From Candidatus Latescibacterota bacterium (GTDB lineage Bacteria; Latescibacterota; UBA2968), in assembly GCA_965198115.1 (NCBI GenBank), contig OZ240241.1, forward strand, positions 1,088,001 through 1,152,000: DNA of 64,000 bases, read 5' to 3'. Below the pieces are notes generated by a model that was not told the origin of the DNA, ran no database searches, and saw nothing but the letters and a program-made list of their open reading frames with translations. Shown here one piece after another: positions 41,403-49,938 of the stretch (the first letter of the stretch is position 1; each line of letters begins with the position of its first letter). A program made the translations under genes and the position numbers.

Positions 41403-42451
41403 TTCCTCGAGGCTTGCCACGGCAGACTGATTCATCAGCTTGAGTTCGGGTTTGAGTGATTCGAGTGCGGCCTTTGCCTCCTCGTAGGTGTCGCAGTCAT
41501 AGGCTTTCTGAAGTTTCCGTCGAACTCTTGGACGTTCTGCCTCCGGGAGGTAGCTGACGACGTTCTCGCGCTTGTGCCACTGACAGCGATGCACGCACAC
41601 ATCCCCTTTGAGGGCTTTGGTGACGGCACTGCGGAGTCCCTTTGAGCCGTCCAGCACAACGAGAAGGCCCTGGTCGTAGCACAGGCCTCTCCGGATGAGA
41701 TCCTGGATCAGCTGACGGCAGATCCGTTCGTTCTCCGTCGCCGATTCGACGAAGCCCAGGGGGATCTTCTGGCCGTCCGTCGTGACGCCCGGAGCGATCA
41801 CGATCTCTTCGTCGGCAAAGCTCTTTCCGTCGATGAACAGGGCGACCAAGTCGTAGTCGTCGAGCGGTCGTTCCTGGAACTGCTTCAGCTTCTTTGCGGT
41901 GGCTTTGATGAACCGTCGCGAGACGGAGGATGCCGAGATTCCGAACGCTTCGGGTACCGACTCTGCACAGGCTCTGTAGTTGCGACAGGAGATTCCCTTG
42001 AGCACACGAAGCAGCAGCTTCTCATCCATCGCTCTGGGCCTCTGCATCCCCCGGTATGCGGCCAGAGAAACCTCCGTATCGGACTCGACGTCGCGCACAC
42101 GGGGAACGGCCACCGGCAGCTTCTGGTCCATCAGATACACGGACCCTTTCTGGCTTCCCCATCGACGATGCGACTGCTCTGAACCCTTACGCGCATACCG
42201 AACGCCTGCGAGCTGCTCCACCTCCTGCTGGAGCACGTCGGCAACGGCCTCCAGACCCAGCGGAATCAGCGCCCGGATCACCGATAAACGCGTCTCCAAA
42301 TCCATAACGTCTGACCCAACCTTGACTTCGCCATCCCCTGCAAATAGCTTCTCCATCGTGGGCTCCTTTCTTACGGGTACACGCTCTCACACGTCTACCC
42401 ACAACGTAAGTTTTGAGCCCTTTAAGTTTCAACTAGGATAGGGACCTCACC
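41403..42451 (-). mobile_element. IS256-family copy 3, 3'-truncated and fused in frame to the IS1-type fragment (ORF 40953-42356)
   Basis: Left IR GGTGAGGTCCCTATCCTAGTTGAAAC; transposase intact up to ASLEE. Confidence 0.9.
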
Positions 42452-42462
42452 GGTGGTGTAGC

Positions 42463-42719
42463 GAAAAAGGAAAGGCCCCCGGTCGTTCGACCGGGGGCTG
42501 AGTTCCTTTCCTACCGTCTTGGTGGATTCCTACACCTACACCTGATGTGTCAGTATTAGGTTAATCAGCAAATCTGTCTGCGTCATCCCCTCGGCCTCGG
42601 CGCGGGCCCTCAAAACTTCCTTTACATCTTCGGGCACTTTTGGTAAGGAAACCACGCGATCATACTTCCTGGGTCTCCCCCGACCCCTCTTCTTCGGCTG
42701 CACGGTCATTTTGCCTCGC
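42463..42719 (-). repeat. ~257-bp repeat copy 1 (inverted relative to 44649-44904)
   Basis: Near-identical reverse complement with a few substitutions and one indel. Confidence 0.92.
42536..42709 (-). CDS. 57-aa AT-hook + ribbon-helix-helix-like DNA-binding protein
   Basis: KKRGRGRPRK followed by VSLPKVPEDVKEVLRARAEAEGMTQTDLL; GAGG RBS, upstream TTGACA and a downstream terminator. Confidence 0.7.
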   Translation of the reverse strand: MTVQPKKRGRGRPRKYDRVVSLPKVPEDVKEVLRARAEAEGMTQTDLLINLILTHQV

Positions 42720-43329
42720 CCGGCCCTTGAAGAACCTCCCCGCAAGATTTTGTCAAGCAGGAGAAAACCACTGAGCCGACAAAAGGGCTGAGTCCGGACC
42801 TGTCGCCTGACACCACCCAATTCGATGGGGTGCACAACTTCCGGTTCTCGCCACCCGTTTCGGTCAGTCAATACAGTTCCAGTTGGACGATTAACGCGAG
42901 GCAGGGCCGCGGTGCTTGGTGAAGTACCGGTCGCGCACAGCGTCCTCAAAGGCTTTCCAGTCAGACTCATGCTTGTGCGCCAGATCCAGAAGGACCGGAA
43001 GGTCGATCTGCGCGGGCGAGAACTCGCTGCCGAATGGAAGATCGCTGCGCGTTATCAAAGGCTCCTATTCACTCGCGTCGGCTTTCGGGGTGTGTCGTGG
43101 TTGAAAAACTCCTGGTTATCGAGAGCAACGGAGACTCTGGTTTTTAGTTGCCATGGGGTTCAGAATGATGATGGTGTAGATAGGGTAAGATGTCAAACTT
43201 ATCGGTGGTCGGCTGCCAGTTTCATCGCATCCGGAGAGCCGCAGCGGAGCGCGAAGGTCCGGTACACCAGCCACAGGTTTCGTTTGAACGATTTGAGAAG
43301 CCCCACTCAAGAGAGGGAAACCGAGCCGG

Positions 43330-43903
43330 ATCCCTGACCCGTGCCAGACCGCCACCGAATGCGGTGGCGGTCTTGATCGGACCGAAGGAGAACAACGTTA
43401 GATCGGAGGTCGCGTGTCCCGTCCACCCCGGCCCGGCGTACGCCTCGGCGCAATCTTCCACTAACTGCACGCCACGATCTCTCGCCATCGCCATGGCACC
43501 GGACACGTCCACCCTGGCCCCATACAGGTGGGTGAAAACGAGCACGCGCGTGCGCGGAGTCATGGCCGCGGCCAGCGCATCGAGATCGGGTTCGGTGGAA
43601 AGCGGGTCGAGATCGACCGACGCGACCTCGAGGCCGTGCTCCCGCGCGATGCGCGGCATGTCCGCCACCGTCAAAGCGGTGAACAGGATGCGGTCCCCAG
43701 GCGCCCATCGGTTCACGGTGAGATACAGGTCGAAGAGGCTGCGCACGGACAGACCGACCATGCCCTGGCCCTGTGGCGACCACAGGGCCTCGACTCGTTC
43801 CGTCGCCCCTTCCCCAGTCGGTGAGGCACACGCCCATATAGCGAACAACCAATCATCGAAGGAGAAGTCGAGACGCTTCGATGCCCACGCCTTCACGGGC
43901 ATG
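43330..43903 (-). pseudogene. DegT/DnrJ/EryC1-type PLP aminotransferase fragment
   Basis: FTHLYG, VEDCAEA, FSFGPIKTATAFGGG; C-terminal half missing. Confidence 0.8.
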
Positions 43904-43909
43904 ACCAGC

Positions 43910-44130
43910 TCAGAGGGCCGCCTGGTAGATGCGGTACCCTCTTGTATGGGGCAAGTCCAAGCTGGGTGGCGAGGCTGTTCACGTCGTCGTTGATGTCCTG
44001 TGTCCAAGACAGCTCACCCGACGCATACCGGGTCTGCGCCCGCGTGATCGCTTCGTAGATGAGCAGGGCCGTGCCGCCCCGCTTTCGATACTCGGGCAGC
44101 ATGGCGAATACCGCCCACCGGCCCTGAATG
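43910..44130 (-). pseudogene. GNAT acetyltransferase C-terminal fragment
   Basis: AMLPEYRKRGG..GELSWT..N..YKR. Confidence 0.6.
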
Positions 44131-44454
44131 CTACGCCCGAAGGAGAAGTCGAGACGCTTCGATGCCCACGCCTTCACGGGCATGATACAGGTCGAAGAGG
44201 CTGCGCGCGGACAGACCGTCTTGCCCACTGGCGTACCGCCATTTTCATAGGTCCGTGTCCCTTCTTTAAGCGCCCCCTCCGGGGGGCTGTTCCGAGCCTT
44301 CCCGCAGGGATAAATGAGGACGAGAGTGACCCCCCGGTTTTGGGGGGAATCTCGGTGAACTCTCCTAACCAGAAGCGATGACAACCCGGTAGAGCAGACC
44401 GAAGACGGTCGTGGCAAGCAGACCGATCAGCGGCCAGATCACCCGCTGGAGAAC

Positions 44455-44615
44455 GTTTCAGCGCATCCCGCGCCATGTTTTCGCGGGCGAGTGAGATCAC
44501 CTTGAAATCGGTATGCTCGCGCAAGCTCGCCCAAGCAGAGGCGGACCCTTGCTTGTCGGCGTCGATCAAAAGGACATTGTGCCCGTTACGGGCCAACCCA
44601 GCGGCAAGGAGCTGG
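44455..44615 (-). pseudogene. ParA-family partition ATPase fragment
   Basis: LARNGHNVLLIDADKQGSASAWA..ARENMARD. Confidence 0.7.
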
Positions 44616-44648
44616 ACAAGTCCATCAAGAGCGCGAAAGATCGAGAAA

Positions 44649-44904
44649 GCGAGGCAAAATGACCGTGCAGTGAAAAAGAGGGGTCGGGGGAGACCCAGGA
44701 AGTATGATCGCGTGGTTTCCTTACCAAAAGTGCCCGAAGATGTAAAGGAAGTTTTGAGGGCCCGCGCCGAGGCCGAGGGGATGACGCAGACAGATTTACT
44801 GATTAACCTAATACTGACACATCAGGTGTAGGTGTAGGAATCCACCAAGACGGTAGGAAAGGAACTCAGCCCCCGGTCGAACGATCGGGGGCCTTTCCTT
44901 TTTC
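44649..44904 (+). repeat. Repeat copy 2; its AT-hook/RHH gene is inactivated (ATG ACC GTG CAG TGA)
   Basis: Reverse complement of 42463-42719, including the GGAAAGG..GCCCCCG..CGGGGGC.CTTTCC-T5 hairpin. Confidence 0.92.
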
Positions 44905-45285
44905 AGACAGCTATATCCAACCTCACGGAGCCAGTTCGTGGCGGCTGATCGGGTCTGGGGCGATATGAACGACAGGGCCCCTTTGGCAACAGGAGAAGCC
45001 ATCGTCAGGGCCGCACTGGCCACGTAGTCATACCACGTCTTCGGCTCAGAAAGGCCCTCGACCTGGGCTGCCCCCATCGTACCGAGCAGGCCGTGATCCA
45101 CCACGTGACAAGCTTCGTTGGGGGATGTCCGATCCAGAACCAATTCCTTAGAACTGCTCACACAAGTGGTTTGTGACACGTGTCCGATTCGCGGGTTCTC
45201 TTATAATATGAGGAGCCCCTGCTGCCTCCGAGCGTTAAAGAAGGCGAACCCGCTCATCCACATCGCCCTGTTCCAGGAGCCTCTC

Positions 45286-45801
45286 GTGCGAACCGATCGA
45301 TTCCTCACGCTTTTGGTCTTCCTACTCGCCTCATCGGCCGAGTCGGCGGACATCGCCCCCGACTTCAACTTGAAAACACCGGAGGGCAAAAGGCTTCACC
45401 TGCAAGCCATGTTGGAGGAAGGGCCCGTTCTCCTCGACTTTTGGGCGACCTGGTGTAAACCCTGCCTCAAAGGCATGCCCAAGATCCAGTCCATCTACGA
45501 GACGTATCGTGAACGGGGCCTTGCAGTCGTGGGGGTGAACGAAGACGGCCCACGCGGGCAGGCCAAGGTAAAGCCTTTCGTCCGCGCACGGAAAATCACC
45601 TTTCCCATTGCGCTCGATTCCGACGGCCGGCTGATGAAGCGCATTCGTGCCGTGACCCTGCCCACGACCATCCTGATCGATCGCGACGGAGAAATCGTTC
45701 TGCGTCAGAGTGGCTACTCACCCGAAGGCGAACAGGCTCTGATCGACGCCATCGAATCTCTGTTGACACCGACCCGAGACGGGGAATCAGCCGAATCGTG
45801 A
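45286..45801 (+). CDS. TlpA-like thiol:disulfide oxidoreductase with signal peptide
   Basis: AGGAG RBS with GTG start; APDFNL, LLDFWATWCKPC, LPTTILIDRDG. Confidence 0.9.
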   Translation: MRTDRFLTLLVFLLASSAESADIAPDFNLKTPEGKRLHLQAMLEEGPVLLDFWATWCKPCLKGMPKIQSIYETYRERGLAVVGVNEDGPRGQAKVKPFVRARKITFPIALDSDGRLMKRIRAVTLPTTILIDRDGEIVLRQSGYSPEGEQALIDAIESLLTPTRDGESAES

Positions 45802-47366
45802 GCTGCGCGTCTCATCATCCCCGACTGTTCTACGCCGTGCTTCTCCTGCTTTCTCTCGGGCCTGGCAACGGCTCAGCTCAGCTTTCCTTCACCAGTCTGA
45901 CCGAAACGCAGCGAGGCCGGGTCCCCAACGAAGACGCTGAGGCCTATTCCAATTTCTACGAGCAGCTCAACGTCGACTACATAACCAACCGGATTCAGGC
46001 CGGAGGACGGCTAGAAGTTTACCGCGCCACCGCAAGCGATCGAAGTTTGACCTTCCTGAGCCAGCGATATCTCTCCTGGTCGACCGGGCCCGCCTACCTG
46101 ACAGCCGGCAATTTCCAGGGCATCCTCGGAAGAGGACTCACGCTCCGCGCATTCGAGCTCCCGGGCGTCATCCTCGAGAACACCCTGTTTCGGCGTCGAC
46201 ACACGAGTACGTCCGATATGGAAGGTGTTTTCGGATCCTGGACGCACGACCGTTTTGAAATCAAGGCTCTCTCGGGTCGACCGGTAGCGGGCGACATTCC
46301 CCCCGGTTTCCCCGACACCCTTAACACGTTCGATCGCCTCGTCGGTCTCGGCGGCGATCGTCGGCAGGACTGGGTCACGGGCGGGGAAGTCAGTTTCGGC
46401 CTCCGCAACTTCCGAGTGGGAGCAACTGCGATTCATCTACGTCCCAAGCGCAGCGACCGCAGCCACGCGTGGTCGTGGCTCGCCGGTCTCGATCTGACGC
46501 CCACCCTCTCCCGGCTCGGAATACGCGACGCCTACGGTGAACTCTATGTAGAAATCGCCAGACGCGAGGGGACGACCCCGGGGGGACACGGTCGCTACGT
46601 CTCCTCGGATTTTGGCGTGGGATCCTTCGGACTGAGCATCGAGTACAAGGATTATGACAACTTCAATCTCCTCGCCAACGATCCTCCCCAGCTCGTCCGG
46701 GAGCACTCTGCCTTCCTGCTGAACAGAACGACGCATGTCCTTGAAACTTTCAACGAGAAAGGCTACCAGATCGAAGCCATCTATCCGGTCCCCGGACTCG
46801 GCACTGTGACGGGCAACGTGAGCTACGGAAAGAATGTGCTGGCGCCGACTGTCTCGACCGTGTTCGACGAACGGTTCGTCTCACTTGACCTCGATGTCTT
46901 GCCGCCCACCCACACGGCTTCCGTCTTTTTCGATTGGGGAAAGGACGAGTTGGACGGGCGCCGTGCCCGGAGGACGGGTGGCATCCTCCTTGGGACGACG
47001 GCTGTGACCGAGCAGATCTTCGAGCTCGATCTGCAGCTTCAGCGAGGGAAGCTTACATTGAGTGAGGAACCTTCCTACTGGGACACGTATGGCGCGCTCT
47101 CGTGGCAGTCGTCCCGCGGTTTTGGTATTGCCCTCGTCGCGGATCGATCGACCGATCCTCTGGAAACGGACATTCCAACGACGTTCGATATCGCGGAGAC
47201 CGAACCGGTCGTCTTCTGGTCGGTTAACGTGAGTGGACGGTTCGGCCCACACGAGGGATTGCTCTTCATCGGCGAAAGACGAGGCGGAACCGCGTGCACG
47301 TCCGGGACGTGTTATGAAGTGCTGGCGTTCAGAGGAGCGGAATTCCGGCTGACGACAAGATTCTAA
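45798..47366 (+). CDS. DUF6029-like outer-membrane beta-barrel protein
   Basis: Signal peptide, AGNFQGILGRGLTLR, C-terminal RRGGTACTSGTCY and a terminal Phe; coupled to tlpA. Confidence 0.7.
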   Translation: MSCASHHPRLFYAVLLLLSLGPGNGSAQLSFTSLTETQRGRVPNEDAEAYSNFYEQLNVDYITNRIQAGGRLEVYRATASDRSLTFLSQRYLSWSTGPAYLTAGNFQGILGRGLTLRAFELPGVILENTLFRRRHTSTSDMEGVFGSWTHDRFEIKALSGRPVAGDIPPGFPDTLNTFDRLVGLGGDRRQDWVTGGEVSFGLRNFRVGATAIHLRPKRSDRSHAWSWLAGLDLTPTLSRLGIRDAYGELYVEIARREGTTPGGHGRYVSSDFGVGSFGLSIEYKDYDNFNLLANDPPQLVREHSAFLLNRTTHVLETFNEKGYQIEAIYPVPGLGTVTGNVSYGKNVLAPTVSTVFDERFVSLDLDVLPPTHTASVFFDWGKDELDGRRARRTGGILLGTTAVTEQIFELDLQLQRGKLTLSEEPSYWDTYGALSWQSSRGFGIALVADRSTDPLETDIPTTFDIAETEPVVFWSVNVSGRFGPHEGLLFIGERRGGTACTSGTCYEVLAFRGAEFRLTTRF

Positions 47367-47556
47367 GGCGATTCGCCCGATATCCGCAGTCATCCAACGT
47401 GTCAAGGCCAATCACACCGATTCCAGATTTTAGACTTTTGTGATTCTTTCTACGTTGGAATCGCCCATATTTTAGGGTCGGAAAGTCCGGAAACAGAAAA
47501 GGGCCGTAGATAACTGGCTGTTTACCATCCATTTAGCAATTGTCGAGAAAATCGAA

Positions 47557-48840
47557 ATGCGAATCATCACGATCGCTCTCGCCGGATGCCTGATTTTGGG
47601 TCTCTCTTCGACGGCCCAGTCTCAGACCCGGCCCGGCAACCCGATTCACGACTTTACTCTGCAGGATCTGAACGGGAACAGCCACCGCCCGAATCAATAC
47701 AGCGGTCAGGTCCTTCTCCTCTTCCTCCTCGGCCATAACTGAGGCATTTGTAGAGCGGCGGCGCCGCTCGTGCAACGTGAAGTCGTCGATGTGCACCGGC
47801 AAAAACCCGTGCAGATGCTGGGCGTCGGGGAATGGCTCGCAGTCGCAGCTGTCCCTGTTCCGTTCAGTGACGGGGGTCGACTTCCCGCTGCTGCAGAGAG
47901 CGGGAACGGGCGGAATCCCCTGGGGTCTGGGCGTTGAGAACATCGTCGTGGTCAACCAGGAAGGAACCATCCACGACATCTTCGACATCTCGGATCGTCG
48001 CCGGCTCAACGAGGCGGTCGACTTCCTGCTCACACCCGTGCCTGCGCCGGTATCCCGGCTTAACCGATCCTCGCTCGACTTCGGCTCAACCGGAATCGTC
48101 GGAACCGACATCAGCATCATCCTCACGGTCGAAAACACCGGAGACGCGCTCCTCGAAGTCTCGAGCATCACGTCGGACCACTCCGACATACGGTTCGATC
48201 AGAGCACGTTTACGGTCAACCCCGGGAGCCGCGAAGACGTCACCGTCACCCTCTCCCCGGCGGATGCAGGCTCGATCTCCGGTCGCGTCACGGTCACCAC
48301 AAACGACCGCACCTGGACGCTACTCGTCGACCGGATCACCATCGAACGGCCGCTGCCGATGATCGCCCTACCGGCATCTATGCTCGACTTCGGTACGATC
48401 GAGGTTGGACGCGCCGATTCCCGGGGGCTGGAGATTCGGAACGATGGACCGGGTCCGCTGAACGTGACGGATGTGCGGACGGACATTCCGGGCATCACAT
48501 TCTCCGCCCGTGTCTTCACCGTAGCTGCAGGTGAGGTTTCCACGATCACCATCCTCGTGGACGCCCAAACCGAGGGCCTGATCAGCGGCATCGTCGAGAT
48601 CATCAGCAACGACCCCGATATGATGAGCTCGACGTCACGGTCTCCGCTACGGCAGAGATCGACGTCGCAGATGCACGCGCAGACTTCGATGGCAGCGGCA
48701 CGATCGACTTTACCGACTTCCTAGGCTTCGCGGTCGCCTTCGGTACATCCGATTCGGCCTACGACATCAACGAGAATGGCCAGGTCGACTTCGCAGACTT
48801 TCTGACCTCTGCACAGAATTTCGGGAGAGTGGTAAACTAG
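47557..48840 (+). CDS. Putative secreted selenoprotein: redoxin (UxxC) + two Ig-like (ASH/choice-of-anchor-D-like) domains + dockerin/EF-hand tail; two apparent frameshifts (~47828, ~48620)
   Basis: Signal peptide, DFTLQDLNG..VLLLFLLGHN-TGA-GIC, then VTGVDFPLL..IVVVNQEG; LDFG..NTGDALLEV and LDFG..NDGPGPLNV repeats; ADFDGSGTIDFTDFL..YDINENGQVDFADFL* ending at 48840. Confidence 0.75.
47740..47769 (+). promoter_or_regulatory. Sec UGA plus SECIS-like hairpin
   Basis: TGA, 10 nt, then GAGCGGC-GGC-GCCGCTC. The GG-starting loop is 17 nt after the UGA (18 nt in the fdh SECIS of this window). Confidence 0.7.
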
Positions 48841-48898
48841 AGCCGTTCGCGAGCAGGGAAGCCTATTCTGGACGAAAGGCAGAACGGTACGGATCAGA

Positions 48899-49428
48899 TC
48901 AATGGATTGTCGGCTTGTCCACTGCGATGGTCGAGATGGCCTGTTGGCGTGCTCGCTTGCCGGAAAGTACCACCGCGTGAAGTTCTTTCTCCACGATGCG
49001 TGAGAGTTCCACCACATTCTTGAAGGTACTCATCATGTCCTCTTGCGACGCCGATGGTGCCAGTTCTCTTGCCATGAGGCCGAGAGTGCCGTGCAGCATT
49101 GCGTTGATATCGGCGAGATGACTCAGAGCTTCGTTGGCCCGTTTGGGTAGGTTGATGACTTCTTCGTCGCCGAACAGGCCAAGTTTTGGAAGGCGTCTAC
49201 CTGCAGTCTCTCGATTCGTCTCCGGGTCCTGGAAAGTGCAGTGTCGGCCTGTCCAAGTCCCAAGGCGAGAGTCCGGTACGCCGAAACCATCGACAGGTCG
49301 TCCTGCACGACCTCGCTATCCGCCTCCACAGACCTCGCGGTCGCCGACAGGCCGGTTGGCCGCGCGAAGAGCTCGGCGACGACCAGCCGCCTGCACCGGC
49401 ACGTCTGCCCACCTCTTCTCGCCGCCTG
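48899..49428 (-). pseudogene. Frameshifted, 5'-truncated gene of unknown function
   Basis: Protein-like reading (..LFGDEEVINLPKRANEALSHLADINAMLHG..) split over two frames and abutting an IS630 remnant. Confidence 0.35.
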
Positions 49429-49663
49429 CACACCAACGTATGCCTCCTGGCTAAACCAGGTAGAGATCTGGTTCGGCATCATCACACAAAGAGCAATCCG
49501 ACGAGGAACCTTTCGGAACGTCAAGGATCTGATCACCTGCATCCAGAAGTTCACAGACCAATACAATCAGAACTCAAAGCCTTTCGTGTGGACGGCAACC
49601 GCTGACTCGGTCCTCGATAAACTCAACAGACTTCTAAAACTTATTCGCGGGACACGACACTAG
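49429..49663 (+). mobile_element. IS630-family 3' remnant
   Basis: TPTYASWLNQVEIWF..PFVWTATAD; ends GGGACACGACACTAG. Confidence 0.85.
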
Positions 49664-49938
49664 TGGCCTGTTACAGACTCGGACTGTGTTTTGAGTCTTT
49701 AGGATTCTTTTGTCGGAGGCGTTTTTATTTGGCTATATCTGGATCTCTCAACTAGATGAAGTGGGTGAAGGTGCCGTAGTTCCTGGCATGGTCACCGTTG
49801 AGAAACCCGGATAGAGCCTGAAAAATAGACGACAGTTGTCAAGGCCATGCGGCGGCATTTGCTTGCGATGTCTTGAGGCGCCGGCACGTGGCTCAGCCCC
49901 AAACCGCCCTACCACCCGCCAACCAGGAGTGACTGACA

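Noticed and set aside
42891-43059. Short ORF (RSDLPFGSEFSPAQIDL..), possibly the start of a restriction endonuclease
   Set aside because: Resemblance is from memory only and the ORF is truncated; cannot be supported without a search.
49664-49938. Cobalamin or other riboswitch ahead of the TonB receptor
   Set aside because: No B12-box or other recognisable aptamer motif; the left part looks like an IS-end remnant.
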